From assembly GCA_965248435.1 (NCBI GenBank), contig OZ252100.1:2656001-2720000 (forward strand): a stretch of DNA of 64,000 bases. Reading direction: 5' to 3'. Below are positions 41,303 through 51,872 of this stretch, in pieces (the stretch's first letter is position 1; each line of letters begins with the position of its first letter). A program made the translations under genes and the position numbers. The notes under the pieces are model-generated. The model made no database searches. It saw only the letters and a list, made by a program, of their open reading frames with translations, and had not been told where the DNA came from. Source of the stretch: Candidatus Latescibacterota bacterium (GTDB lineage Bacteria > Latescibacterota > UBA2968 > GCA-2709665).

Positions 41303-43754
41303 AAAGACCTCCTGAGGGCCACTCCCTCGTTCTGAATCCGCGAAACAGGCTCTGCTCCCCAGTAATGGCCGCCTCCACGTCTATGTCCGTTACCCGGGCG
41401 ATGGTTCGTGCGATCGGCCCGATCTGCTTCTCCGCGTAATGATCGTAGTCCAGTGGAGCGGAAACGCGACCGATCGGCTGAGGACCCTGAGTCGTGATCA
41501 CATAATGGATTACACCAGACGGATTCTTCAGCAACTTGGCGGCCTTCGCGTGCGGAGGGACCGAGCGCGTATAATCAGCAAGCGGTTTTCGAAGGGCTTT
41601 TCTATAGACAAGCATATCATCTCTATTTCCTGACCGTACTGACTCGACCCACTTCGTAAGGCACGCCTCGATCTCCTCCGCCGAACGGTCGTGAAACAAA
41701 AGGTCCAGGAGTTCTCGCTGCATAATGTGGGAAAGCTCTGTCCAATCCCGACGCACCGCCTCCATCCCTATAATCTCCACTTCCTCCCCGTCGTCATCCA
41801 CCCGGAGTCCTGCGTATCCCTTCGCGCGTGCGCGCGCCTCCTCAGCTCGACTGGCCGGCAGAAAGAACCGGCGGTAGACCTTCTCGAACTCGAGCTCCAA
41901 GTGGGAAATCACGCCGAACTCCGCCTTCACGTAACGAGCTAAGGCCTCGTTGCACTCGCTACACAATTCCCTGCCTCGTTCCTGGATCTCTCCCAGTTTG
42001 ATCGCGTCTGGCAGCCCTGGATCCACGAACAGAGAATCCGTATCGCCATACAGAACACGGCAGCCCTGCTTCTCCAAAAGATCCTTGGTCCAGAGGAGGA
42101 GGTGCTGTCCGAACCCCGTGATGGCACCTGCCAGCCTTCCGGAAGCAAAGCGGCAGGCGTCTGTCGCCAGAACACCGTAGAAGGAATTCATCAGAATCTT
42201 GTATGTGAGAGAGGCGACCTCGTCTCCGTCTGCGATCGCCCGGCTTCGATTGGCGAAGATGCGTTCGAGCATTCCCGGCAGAATCGCCGGCTCACGGCAG
42301 AATCGTGCTCCGTTGGGCGCGGTTACGAATACACCATCCTCGACAGATCCCTGGGCGGTTTGGAGATTGGCCTGTACGTGAGACAGCGGGTCGATGTTGA
42401 AGGTCCGGATGATCGACGGATACAGGCTCTTGAAATCGAACACCAGGACATTTCTAAACAGTCCCATCTCCTCTGAAATGACAAGGCCGCCCGGGGTCTC
42501 GACTGGAGCGTCCCGATCAACACCCTGAGATGGGGCAACGAGGTTTCGTCTGTGCAGCTCACGGATATACATGAACTCGAAGACCGCCACGCTGCCCCAG
42601 GACCGCTCCATGGGCAGACCTGTGAGCCTGCTTCGACGAAGACTGAGATGGATCAGTCCCTCCGCCTCCAGGATGTCACGGACAAGGCGAGAATCCTCCA
42701 GGCAGTATTCACAGAACGCGCCCCGGTCCTCACGATAGGCCCGCTCGATCCTGCTGGACATCGCCTCACCCGCATCGGCTTGAAGCGTCTTCCCCCGCCC
42801 GAGCACCGACCGCGCAACCGTCTCGAGACGGTTGTCCTCGAACCGTGTCGGGATCGCCCGACACAGATGAAGGGCGTCCAGCACCTGCCGCCCGCGGACG
42901 ATCACGCGGCGGCTGCCCCAGACCGACCGGTCCAGGAACCAAGAGCTGTCTCGAGTACGCCCCAGGTTGAACTCCCGGTGATGGGCCTTGAAGCGATTCC
43001 TGAGAACCGTGAGGTCGAAATCGATCACGTTCCAACCCGTGATAACATCCGGGTCTGCGCTTCCGATCCTTGCGACCAGAGCATCGAAAAGCTGCGGCTC
43101 TCCCTCAAAACAGGCAGTGTTCGGAGGATCATCCGGCAGCGGAGTTCCGACCATCATAACCTCTTCAAATCGATGCCTCTCCTCCGGACCCGTTCCCACC
43201 AGGGATATCGCGTAGACCTGTGACGCCTTGGGGTCTGTCTCGATGTCCAGAACGAGCACGGCAAGGTCCGGTTCCCATTCGGAGGGGACAAGGCCGGGAT
43301 TGATGTAGACGCGATCCACACCCATCCCGCATCTCCAGGACCCACGGATTTTGAGGGATCCCAGCAGGTCCCGGTCCATCAGGTAGCGAAGCGCCGGATT
43401 CAGGTCGGCCTCATAAGTTCGAATGGCCTCTTCCCGCAGACTCGTTTCGAGATCTCGAAGGGGGGATACCTGACCGGCAGTAAACTGAACCACGGACTCA
43501 CCATCCATCGTAGACAGCGCGCAAGCCTCACTTGCGATCTGGAGCTTCCGACCGAAAACCTCCGCCCTCACGGAATCGGATGCCCTCACGAAAAACCGGG
43601 GTGGCTCCCGGTCGTCCACAAACCCGAACGTCTCCCCCGTCTCCAGCTTCCCGATACCGAACACCACTGTCCTTCCGGCCTGGAGCTGGTGAAAGATGTC
43701 CAGGAGGAACCCGGCGGTGCCGTCGTCCCGGTGATCCGCGTTAGGGTGATCCAA
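41289..43754 (-). CDS. polB: Family B DNA polymerase (DNA polymerase II)
   Basis: Exonuclease DIET, GWNVIDFD, YCLED; polymerase DFKSLYPS, KILMNSFYG, YGDTDS. Confidence 0.95.
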   Translation of the reverse strand: MDHPNADHRDDGTAGFLLDIFHQLQAGRTVVFGIGKLETGETFGFVDDREPPRFFVRASDSVRAEVFGRKLQIASEACALSTMDGESVVQFTAGQVSPLRDLETSLREEAIRTYEADLNPALRYLMDRDLLGSLKIRGSWRCGMGVDRVYINPGLVPSEWEPDLAVLVLDIETDPKASQVYAISLVGTGPEERHRFEEVMMVGTPLPDDPPNTACFEGEPQLFDALVARIGSADPDVITGWNVIDFDLTVLRNRFKAHHREFNLGRTRDSSWFLDRSVWGSRRVIVRGRQVLDALHLCRAIPTRFEDNRLETVARSVLGRGKTLQADAGEAMSSRIERAYREDRGAFCEYCLEDSRLVRDILEAEGLIHLSLRRSRLTGLPMERSWGSVAVFEFMYIRELHRRNLVAPSQGVDRDAPVETPGGLVISEEMGLFRNVLVFDFKSLYPSIIRTFNIDPLSHVQANLQTAQGSVEDGVFVTAPNGARFCREPAILPGMLERIFANRSRAIADGDEVASLTYKILMNSFYGVLATDACRFASGRLAGAITGFGQHLLLWTKDLLEKQGCRVLYGDTDSLFVDPGLPDAIKLGEIQERGRELCSECNEALARYVKAEFGVISHLELEFEKVYRRFFLPASRAEEARARAKGYAGLRVDDDGEEVEIIGMEAVRRDWTELSHIMQRELLDLLFHDRSAEEIEACLTKWVESVRSGNRDDMLVYRKALRKPLADYTRSVPPHAKAAKLLKNPSGVIHYVITTQGPQPIGRVSAPLDYDHYAEKQIGPIARTIARVTDIDVEAAITGEQSLFRGFRTREWPSGGLYGRR

Positions 43755-43809
43755 TTCAGCTACCTATGGTGAGCCCACCCGATTCATCCATGCCGTTCCC
43801 GCCATCTCC

Positions 43810-43835
43810 GTAGAGACGCCCCACCGGGGCGTCTC
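43810..43835 (+). repeat. GTAG-type REP element
   Basis: GTA-GAGACGCCCC-acc-GGGGCGTCTC; partial second copy at 43842-43853. Confidence 0.65.
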
Positions 43836-44064
43836 ATCACGGTGGGACGCCCCGAAACTTTGCAAGGATGACCAGAGTGAAGAACGCAATCAGTAGAATA
43901 TAGAAAGCGAGGGCTCTGCCCGAAAGAGCGAAGGAAAGAGAGGGTATGTTGGAAGGAAGCGCTGTAGGTGTGTTCAGGTCATCGGATGAATCAGTACGTC
44001 ACTTCTGGGCGTCGTACGTTTCGTGCGTAAAATTGTAGTGGCGTAAGTCGGGTCAGGCCACTGC

Positions 44065-44466
44065 CTAGCCCAGAGAGATCTTTCCCCCAGGTGGCATCGT
44101 CCCGCCCGGCATGCCAGGCTGAGTACCTGGAACTACAATCCGTGAGGCCTCCTGACGCTGCATCTCCTTCACCTCCTCGACCATCTTCTCGACCGCCCGG
44201 CCAATGGCTTCGGGAAAGTTCTTTATGGCCTCCTCGAGCGTCTTGCCTGGAATTTGGCACTGGATGGGGAGCGCGCCCATTTGAGACATAATCTGGGCCT
44301 GTCCCGTGAAAAAGACCTCGCGCGTATCGTCCTCAGAACCGTCAGGTTTTACGGGAACCAGGCGCCTGATCGTCGCCACCTGGAGGTCCGTGAAGGATTC
44401 CTCCCGGTACATGTTGTTACTGTCCACCTCGATTTCAGACAGAGGCTTCTGATTCGGGTTGCTCAT
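44065..44466 (-). CDS. Conserved hypothetical cytoplasmic protein
   Basis: Good RBS; YREESFTD...IRRLVPVKPDG...SRIVVP resembles a widespread uncharacterised family. Confidence 0.75.
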   Translation of the reverse strand: MSNPNQKPLSEIEVDSNNMYREESFTDLQVATIRRLVPVKPDGSEDDTREVFFTGQAQIMSQMGALPIQCQIPGKTLEEAIKNFPEAIGRAVEKMVEEVKEMQRQEASRIVVPGTQPGMPGGTMPPGGKISLG

Positions 44467-44500
44467 AGGCTATCTCCCTTCCACTGTGATGTCCGTTCTC

Positions 44501-45559
44501 CTAAACCGCGTTCTCGTCCAGAGGAAACTCGATTCGTACGTTCCCCTTCTTCTGTGAGGCCATGAATCCCAGGAGCACTTCGAGTGTCTTTCTCGCCTCC
44601 CGCGGAGGCGAGATCGTCTGCCCACCGTTTTCAATCACGTGGATGAGCTCACGCACGGCCGCGAGCGAGTCGGAATACACGAGCGGGTCGCTGGAAATAC
44701 GTCGCATGCCCGCTTCGGTATGGATTTCCGCATCGAATGTCCGCTCCGAAAGAAAGATAAACCCTTTGGTTCCCGTCAATTCGAAGCCGTGCCGCGGCTG
44801 AACATTCTTCGTGCCGTTGTAAAACGCACGTACGCCGTTCTTGAAGTGAATGTAGCCGGAACAGCCCGGCTCCAGGTCGGGGTTTCTTCCGCCGTCTCCC
44901 TGGTAGGGCCAGTAATCCTCGAATCCTTCGTCGAGCTCAGCCCAGACCCACTCCGGATCCGACCCGGCCAGGAAACACAGGGCATCGACCCGGTGCGTCC
45001 CGTTCCGAAACAGCATCGCCCTGGGCCCACCCCAACCGTGGACCAGCCGCTTGAGCTCCCCGATCGTTCCGCTCTCCACTTCTTGTTTGACCTGATGAAA
45101 TATGGGCATCCAGCGCCGGGTATGGTTGATGGTCACGACAGTCCCTGCGGCCTCGATGGCCTCGATCATCCTGTCCGCGTCTGCCAGCGTCGTTGCGATC
45201 GGCTTCTCACAGTAGATGCCTCTGATTCCGGATTGCGCGCCGTAGACGACCATATCAGCGTGCCGGTTGTCCGACGTCACGACGCTGAGGAGATCGGGCT
45301 TCTGCTCGTCGATCATCTCCTGGTAGTCCGTGTAGCCCTTCGCTTCCGATACCTCATCGCCCCAGTTCGCGAAGAAATCATCGATCTTCTCCTGAACGAG
45401 GTCACACACGCCGACGATTTCGGTCTCCCGATGAAAGCAGTAGGCACTTGCGTGCGAATGCGGCATCTTCTGCCCAAGTCCAGCAGGGCCTGCGGGTTCG
45501 GGTTTGCTGGCCCCAATTCCGCTCAATCCGATGATGCATGCCCGATATCTCTTCGACAT
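44501..45559 (-). CDS. Gfo/Idh/MocA oxidoreductase
   Basis: IIGLSGIG, CEKP, NH.RRW, GTH..D motifs. Confidence 0.92.
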   Translation of the reverse strand: MSKRYRACIIGLSGIGASKPEPAGPAGLGQKMPHSHASAYCFHRETEIVGVCDLVQEKIDDFFANWGDEVSEAKGYTDYQEMIDEQKPDLLSVVTSDNRHADMVVYGAQSGIRGIYCEKPIATTLADADRMIEAIEAAGTVVTINHTRRWMPIFHQVKQEVESGTIGELKRLVHGWGGPRAMLFRNGTHRVDALCFLAGSDPEWVWAELDEGFEDYWPYQGDGGRNPDLEPGCSGYIHFKNGVRAFYNGTKNVQPRHGFELTGTKGFIFLSERTFDAEIHTEAGMRRISSDPLVYSDSLAAVRELIHVIENGGQTISPPREARKTLEVLLGFMASQKKGNVRIEFPLDENAV

Positions 45560-45628
45560 TCTTGATCTTTCGTGGTTTGCCGTTCCGTGCGCTGTCCTCG
45601 GACTTCAGACGGAAGTTCCCCGAGACCG

Positions 45629-46993
45629 TTACTGGATTCTATTCAGTCCGTTCAGGGCTGCAACACGGTAGGCCTCCGCCATAGTCGGATAGTTGAAAGT
45701 GGTGTTGATGAAATACATCAGACTGTTCCCCTCTCCCTTCTGCGACATAACCGCCTGTCCGATGTGGACGATCTCTGAAGCCTCTGCGCCAAAGCAATGA
45801 ATCCCGAGAATCTCCAGAGTATCCCGATGGAATAAGAGTTTCAGCATCCCCGTCGTTCGACCGGTAATCTGGGCCCGGGCAAGATGGCGGAAGAAGGCGT
45901 GGCCGACTTCGTAAGGCACCTTCTGCTCCGTGAGGTCGCGTTCATTTAGCCCAACCGAACTGATCTCGGGGATTGTATAAATACCTGTCGGGATGTTTTC
46001 GACAAGGTGATATTCACACTCGCCGAAAATCAGATGCGTGGCCGCAAATCGTCCCTGGTCGTATGCCGCACTTGCCAGGTTGGGGTAGCCGACTATGTCA
46101 CCGACTGCATAGATGTGGCTTTGTGCAGTCTGGTAGTCTTCGTTGACTTTGACGCAGCCCCGCTGGTCACTCTCGATCCCGATGGACTCGAGCCCCATCT
46201 TATCGGAATTTCCGGTCCTCCCCTGTGCCCAGAGCAGGACATCGCTAACGATCTGTTTGTTGGACTTGAGATAGAGCCTTACACCCTGATCATCAGCCTC
46301 GACTTTTTCGTATTTTTCGTTGTGGCGAATCAAAGCGCCCTGCTCGCGCAGATGGTAAGCAAGCGCGTCGATGATTTCGTCGTCCAGAAAGGATAAAAGC
46401 TTCTCGTGAGAGTTGATCAGATTCAACTTGACGCGCAGTCCTCTAAAAATAGATGTGTATTCGCACCCCACGACTCCGGCTCCGTAGATCGTCACCGATC
46501 TTGGATTCTCTTCAAGACATAAAACGGAATCGCTGTCCAAAATACGCGGATGTGAGAAATCCAAATCTGGCGGGTGATACGGCCTGGAACCGGTCGCAAT
46601 CACGAAGCCGTCCGCGCTGTAATGCTCCTTTCCCCCGTTCGGATGGCTTACCTCAATCGTATGTTCATCCACGAACGCTGCGTGTCCGGGTAAGACATCG
46701 ACATCGTTTCGCTCATAGAATCCACTCCGCAGATGGACCTGCGCACGGATGACGGACTCCGCGTTCCTGAGCAGATCCTGGTAATGGGCTTCACGGTAGT
46801 TTCTGGTCTCAGCCAAATGCTGGACCGCGTGGCGCAGACTCTTACTGGGGATCGTACCTTGATGTGTGCAGCTCCCCCCCACTTCAGGGTTTTGTTCCAC
46901 CACTGCTACGTTTTTGCCCTCCTTGGCAGCCTTCATCGTCGCGCCTTCGCCCCCGGGGCCGCTCCCAATCACGATGACATCGAATTTTTCCAT
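45629..46993 (-). CDS. sthA: Soluble (Si-specific) pyridine nucleotide transhydrogenase
   Basis: [13 protein letters not shown] (CxxxxT), [34 protein letters not shown]. Confidence 0.95.
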   Translation of the reverse strand: MEKFDVIVIGSGPGGEGATMKAAKEGKNVAVVEQNPEVGGSCTHQGTIPSKSLRHAVQHLAETRNYREAHYQDLLRNAESVIRAQVHLRSGFYERNDVDVLPGHAAFVDEHTIEVSHPNGGKEHYSADGFVIATGSRPYHPPDLDFSHPRILDSDSVLCLEENPRSVTIYGAGVVGCEYTSIFRGLRVKLNLINSHEKLLSFLDDEIIDALAYHLREQGALIRHNEKYEKVEADDQGVRLYLKSNKQIVSDVLLWAQGRTGNSDKMGLESIGIESDQRGCVKVNEDYQTAQSHIYAVGDIVGYPNLASAAYDQGRFAATHLIFGECEYHLVENIPTGIYTIPEISSVGLNERDLTEQKVPYEVGHAFFRHLARAQITGRTTGMLKLLFHRDTLEILGIHCFGAEASEIVHIGQAVMSQKGEGNSLMYFINTTFNYPTMAEAYRVAALNGLNRIQ

Positions 46994-47036
46994 ACGTCGC
47001 TCACTTCTCGCAGGTTATCCGACCTTGCAATCTCTC

Positions 47037-47372
47037 CTATCCCAGGCGATACACTTCCTCCATCCCCGCCCACCATTCGTCTTCACTCGCCTCAGGCACC
47101 TTCTCCTGGTAAGTGCACATAAGGTCGTCCCACTCCTTGCACCTGGGATCCTGCTCAAGATACTTGGGAAAATCTACATCAGGAGCGAAATCGTCACCAG
47201 TCTCCATATACATAAATAGTCTTCGGCCGAGCACGAAGATCCTCATCGAGCGAATTCCCACGGTCTTGAGCGCCGCCTCGACCTCCGGCCACACGTTCTT
47301 GTGGTACTCTATGTATGTCTGGATCGTCTCCGGGTCGTCCTTCAGGTTCAGGGTCAATCCATACGCCTGCAT
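47037..47372 (-). CDS. rhaM: L-rhamnose mutarotase family protein
   Basis: Y...H..VWPEV, LFMYME, W..MEEVY motifs. Confidence 0.8.
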   Translation of the reverse strand: MQAYGLTLNLKDDPETIQTYIEYHKNVWPEVEAALKTVGIRSMRIFVLGRRLFMYMETGDDFAPDVDFPKYLEQDPRCKEWDDLMCTYQEKVPEASEDEWWAGMEEVYRLG

Positions 47373-47389
47373 AGAAGTCTCCCGAATCT

Positions 47390-47905
47390 CTATCCGGTTC
47401 TCGTTCCTGCGAGTTTACTGGGCCGCCCAGGCACGTCCATAACCTGCACGGAATGTCCCGTTTCCTCAATAAAGCGCCCGAGATCGGCCTGAGAGATAAC
47501 GACTGTGCTCGTGTTGATCAGCGGATGGAAGGCGACTCGATCCGAATTCCATATCCGCTCATCGATGATCACTTCTATCTTCTGTTTGGCGTCGTTGATC
47601 AGCGCCAGGATGCTCACCGCCCCCGTCTCCACCCCGAGGTAAGTCCTCAGTCTCTCCGTAGATGCCAGACTGAGTCGGGTCGTCCCCAGCTGCGAGCCGA
47701 GCGCCTTGAGGTCGACGTCCTTCTCGTACCCAACCACGATCAAAAAGTGCCGTCTCGCCTTCTTGTCCCGCGCAAAGAGATTCTTGCTCTTCTCGCCGTC
47801 CAGCGGAGGGAGCATCCGCTCCGCCTCTTCACACGTGAATACGGCAGGATGGTCGTAGCGTCTGAATGCGATGTTGTGGTCCGCGAAATAGTTATAGATG
47901 TCCAT
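47390..47905 (-). CDS. YbaK/ProX-family aminoacyl-tRNA editing (deacylase) protein
   Basis: HPAVFT, KNLF.RD, LGV..GAVS, FHPL.NT motifs. Confidence 0.88.
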   Translation of the reverse strand: MDIYNYFADHNIAFRRYDHPAVFTCEEAERMLPPLDGEKSKNLFARDKKARRHFLIVVGYEKDVDLKALGSQLGTTRLSLASTERLRTYLGVETGAVSILALINDAKQKIEVIIDERIWNSDRVAFHPLINTSTVVISQADLGRFIEETGHSVQVMDVPGRPSKLAGTRTG

Positions 47906-47994
47906 GGTTTGAGGCTCTTACCGATCGCGAATCCGCAGGCGTCTATTTTCTAGTCCGATTCTTCACGAGAACAACGATCCACGGTTAGTCGGGA

Positions 47995-48906
47995 TTACAG
48001 CACCAGCCATACCCCACCCAGGCACAGGGCCACCCCCGCGAGAAGCTGCAGGCCTATGGCCTCCTTCAGGAACACGGCCGCGAGCAACATTCCAATGACC
48101 GGCGAGACGGAGGCAAGCGTAGCGGCCTTTGCGGGTCCAATCAGGCTGATCGCGGTAAGAAACAACAGTGACCCGACGCCCATACCCAGAATCCCAACGA
48201 AGGCGAGCAACAGTAATACTTTCGGTTCAGTCCTCTTGCGCGTGACCCTTCGACCCTGAAAGCGGTGGCTGAGGTAAAGCAGCGTTGTCACAAAAGGCAG
48301 TCGAACACTGTTCGCCTGAATCGGGCTCAAATGCGCAAGCGCCGGCTTAAGCAGAACGGCTCCCAATCCCCACATAAGGGCGGCGGAAAGAGAGAGCGCG
48401 ACGCCTGGCGCAAACCGATTGGGGATCTCCTGCGTTCCCGAACCTGCGCGCCGGGACGTTCGGCAAAGGAAAACGACCCCAGCAACGACCAGACAGCACC
48501 CCAGAACAAAGTTCGGTGAAATAGGCTCCCGAAGCAGGATCCATTCGAAAAACAGGGTAGCAAGGGGATGCGTCCCGACCAGGGCCAGCGTGCGCGACAG
48601 GCCGAACTCTTTGATGGCAGCGAGATAGAGTGTGTCCCCGATCCCAACCGGGATCATCACCGATCCGAACAGGAACGCCCACCCTTGCAGCGATACTTCG
48701 GCGAGATCTGAAAGAGGCGGCCCGAAAAACGGAAGTAACATCCAGCAGAAGACCGATGCCGAACCGCACCGGACCGCATTCATCAACGCGATCGGGACCT
48801 TGGGCAGCTGCGTGCGCATGATCAGTCCATTTACGGCAAATATGCACGCGCAGATCAGGCCAAGAAATTCACCGTATGAAACGTCCAATCCGGCCTCATT
48901 CCCCAT
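47995..48906 (-). CDS. DMT/EamA family transporter
   Basis: Two EamA halves, about 10 TM; the long N-terminal extension in the ORF track is probably spurious; start uncertain. Confidence 0.88.
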   Translation of the reverse strand: MGNEAGLDVSYGEFLGLICACIFAVNGLIMRTQLPKVPIALMNAVRCGSASVFCWMLLPFFGPPLSDLAEVSLQGWAFLFGSVMIPVGIGDTLYLAAIKEFGLSRTLALVGTHPLATLFFEWILLREPISPNFVLGCCLVVAGVVFLCRTSRRAGSGTQEIPNRFAPGVALSLSAALMWGLGAVLLKPALAHLSPIQANSVRLPFVTTLLYLSHRFQGRRVTRKRTEPKVLLLLAFVGILGMGVGSLLFLTAISLIGPAKAATLASVSPVIGMLLAAVFLKEAIGLQLLAGVALCLGGVWLVL

Positions 48907-49131
48907 CCCGGCGCTTCCTGCGCCCGGTCCTCCGGTCATCGATTTCTTTATCCGCTGTGATTCACACAATAAACGGTGAGCAGGGCAAGTGTCAATACAA
49001 AAAGGTCTCAGCGGCGGTTTCGCCGGAAGATGCTTCAGAGCCGCAAATCGTTTGACTTTTCCGGGTGCTTCCTCGATCATAGGTCGTTTGGACGCAAAGC
49101 CGCACTTGATTGCAACGTGAGGGGAGGCCGC

Positions 49132-49607
49132 ATGGCCACTTCTGAATCTGCAAGGCTGGCCCGAGGACGACCCATGCCGCCTGGTTTCGTCCCTGAACTG
49201 TCCGTTGAGGGAACGACTCGCGACGCGGGCAGGCAGCTCGGCGCGGCCTGGCGCGAGACCCTGGAGCTGAGCGCCTCTCAACTCCAGAGCGGTTCGAAGC
49301 CCTGGTGGAAGCACAGACCCTATGCCAGGCTCATCGACCGCTATGCTCCCCATCTCCCCGATCTCTACCTCGGGTTGGCCAGGGGTGCCAATCTGAAAGA
49401 AGACCTGATCTCGACCCGAGCCCCGGTGGAGGTCGGAGGCTGTACTTCCTTCGCGATAACTCCAGGCGCGATCCTGTCGGCGTCTGCCGGCACCAGGCCG
49501 TAGAGGCCATGACCGGCGGGGCAGTGATCGCAGAACCCGCGCTCGGTTTCCTCCACGTCATTCGGGGCCCGGTCTGTCAGAACTGGCCGCGCACCCATCA
49601 TCTTTGA
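49132..49607 (+). pseudogene. Internally deleted C45-family (Ntn-hydrolase) peptidase/acyltransferase
   Basis: GGGAGG RBS and N-terminus up to GGCTSFA; frame changes near 49470 straight into the C-terminal VCRH...AVIAEP..G.LHV.RG.VC. Confidence 0.7.
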
Positions 49608-49621
49608 TTCAGGCACTTTCA

Positions 49622-51709
49622 ATGGCAGATTCAGAGAAGAAAAGGCTGAAGAAGGAACTCACCCTCCTCGACGTCTACGCCGTGGCGACCGGTGCGACCC
49701 TGAGTTCGGGTTTCTTTCTGCTGCCAGGCCTTGCCGCCGCCCAGGTCGGATCCGGGATCGTGGCCGCCTATCTCTTGGCAGCTGTCCCCCTCATCCCGGC
49801 TATGTTCAGCATCGCGGAGCTGGCCACGGCGATGCCTAGAGCCGGAGGCATCTACTACTTTCTCGACCGCACGCTGGGCCCCGCAGCGGGAACGATCGGA
49901 GGCCTTGGCACCTGGCTGGCGCTCGTACTGAAGGTGGCCTTCGCCCTCGTCGGCATGGGCGCTTACATTTCCCTCTATGTATCCGAACTCTCTGTGGTTC
50001 CGATCGCAATCTTTCTCGCGGTCGCCCTCGGTACGCTGAATCTATCGGGGGCCGGAAAAACCGGTGGGCTCCAGAGGGTCCTGGTCACCCTCCTCCTCGT
50101 CATTCTCGTCGGGTTCATTGCGAGCGGCCTACCCGCGATTCAGGTTTCCCATTTTTCAGGCTTTGCCCAGGGGGGACTCTCTTCCCTGCTCCCGACGGCC
50201 GGACTCGTTTACATCAGCTATGTGGGCGTCACCAACGTCGCGAGCCTTTCTGAGGAAGTCCGTAATCCGGAGCGGAATATTCCCCTTGGCATCTTCCTCG
50301 CCATTGGAACGGCAATCGTGATCTACGGCCTCGGAACAGCAGTAATGGTCGGCGTCCTTCCCGAAGAACGGCTCTCCGGGGACCTGACGCCGGTCGCGTC
50401 GGCAGCCGAGGTGTTCCTCGGACCGCTGGGGAAAGCGGTGGTTTCCCTGGCCGCGCTCCTTGCCTTCATCTCAGTGGCCAATGCGGGGACCCTCAGTGCC
50501 TCACGGTATCCGCTCGCAATGAGCCGGGACCACATCCTCCCCGGAATCTTCAGGCGCCTGACCGCTGGAACCTCACCCGTCTATTCGACTGGAATCACTG
50601 TCGCCCTGATCGTCGCGGTCATCGCGCTGCTCGATCCCACGCGCATCGCGAAACTGGCGAGCGCCTTCCAGCTTTTGATGTTCTCTCTCGTTTGTCTCGC
50701 CGTGATCGTCATGCGAGAGAGCCGGCTGGATTCCTACGATCCAGGTTATCGATCGAGATTCTACCCCTGGATGCAGCTCTTTGGCATCCTTGCGTCCGTC
50801 TTGTTGATCGTCGAGATGGGAATCCTCCCCCAGCTCTTTTCCGGTGGGCTGCTCGTCCTCGGTGTCTGCTGGTACATCTACTACGTAAAGGAAAAGGTGA
50901 GCAGGACGGGGGCGATCTACCACATCTTCGAACGGCTCGGGCGCCGCCGTTATGCAGGGCTGGACTACGAACTGCGGGGGATCCTCAAGGAAAAGGGCCT
51001 TCGCGAAGAAGATCCCTTCGATGAAGTCATCGCCCGAAGCCTGGTGATTGACCTGGAAGGACCTGCGGAGTTCGATGCGGTCGTTCACCAGGTGGCCGAG
51101 TGGCTGGCCCAGCACGTGCCGCACACGGCGGAGGAGGTGGAAAACCAGATCCTTGAAAGGACGCACATCGGGGCCACACCGGTCTCGAACGGTGTCGGTC
51201 TGCCCCACCTCCGGATCGATGGAATCGAACACGCAGAGATGGTCCTGGTCCGTTCGAAGACCGGGATTCACATCATCTATACCAATCCCCTCACCCACGA
51301 CCAGGACGCAGAGCAGACGCTGACCGCGCTCTTCTTCCTGTTCAGCCCCGAGACGAATCCCACGCAGCACCTCCGCATCCTCGCACAGATCGCCGGCAGG
51401 GTGGAAGACGAGTCATTCGAGAAGGATTGGGACGCTGCGGAGGACGAACAGGAACTCAAGGAAGTGCTCCTCCGTGACGAGCGCTTCCTTTCTGTTTACG
51501 TCAGGAAAGATGGGAAAGCGGAGTCGATGATCGGGCGGGCACTTCGCGATCTACAATTACCGGAGGGCTGCCTTATCGCGCTCCTCCGGCGTGGCGGTCA
51601 GATGGTGGCGCCGAGCGGAAGTACCGTCTTCCACGATGGGGATCGCCTGACAATCATCGGCGACCCGGAAGGATTGCGGGAACTCCGAGCCCGTTTTTCG
51701 GGAGGTTGA
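49622..51709 (+). CDS. APC amino acid permease fused to PTS EIIA-like and RCK_C/TrkA_C domains
   Basis: 12-TM APC core (ELATAMPRAGG, SEEV.NP.RNIP); GVGLPHLR EIIA motif; C-terminal IG..LRDL.LP...GD.LTIIG. Confidence 0.88.
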   Translation: MADSEKKRLKKELTLLDVYAVATGATLSSGFFLLPGLAAAQVGSGIVAAYLLAAVPLIPAMFSIAELATAMPRAGGIYYFLDRTLGPAAGTIGGLGTWLALVLKVAFALVGMGAYISLYVSELSVVPIAIFLAVALGTLNLSGAGKTGGLQRVLVTLLLVILVGFIASGLPAIQVSHFSGFAQGGLSSLLPTAGLVYISYVGVTNVASLSEEVRNPERNIPLGIFLAIGTAIVIYGLGTAVMVGVLPEERLSGDLTPVASAAEVFLGPLGKAVVSLAALLAFISVANAGTLSASRYPLAMSRDHILPGIFRRLTAGTSPVYSTGITVALIVAVIALLDPTRIAKLASAFQLLMFSLVCLAVIVMRESRLDSYDPGYRSRFYPWMQLFGILASVLLIVEMGILPQLFSGGLLVLGVCWYIYYVKEKVSRTGAIYHIFERLGRRRYAGLDYELRGILKEKGLREEDPFDEVIARSLVIDLEGPAEFDAVVHQVAEWLAQHVPHTAEEVENQILERTHIGATPVSNGVGLPHLRIDGIEHAEMVLVRSKTGIHIIYTNPLTHDQDAEQTLTALFFLFSPETNPTQHLRILAQIAGRVEDESFEKDWDAAEDEQELKEVLLRDERFLSVYVRKDGKAESMIGRALRDLQLPEGCLIALLRRGGQMVAPSGSTVFHDGDRLTIIGDPEGLRELRARFSGG

Positions 51710-51872
51710 GTTGGGAGGAAAGTCTCATCAGCGGGTCTATCTTCAGAAGATCGATCATATAGAGAATTAACATATTGAATATAAAAGATTTAATTGATAT
51801 ATTGAGGACGAGTAATAAAATACCAAATTTCCGCTTGACTTCTGGCTCGCGAAGGAGCAAATTAGAGTGGAT

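Noticed and set aside
41289-43754. Phage, casposon or pipolin PolB
   Set aside because: It has Pol II-like length and motifs, with no integrase, Cas1, terminal repeats or virion genes nearby.
43860-44060. Possible tRNA or ncRNA upstream of polB
   Set aside because: No cloverleaf, T-arm motif or recognisable riboswitch or SOS box seen.
48907-49353. N-terminal extension of the EamA ORF
   Set aside because: It runs through the intergenic region and antisense to the C45 pseudogene; the transporter domain begins near 48906.
49440-49510. Programmed frameshift in the C45 gene
   Set aside because: There is no slippery sequence, and even a fused product would lack most of the catalytic domain.
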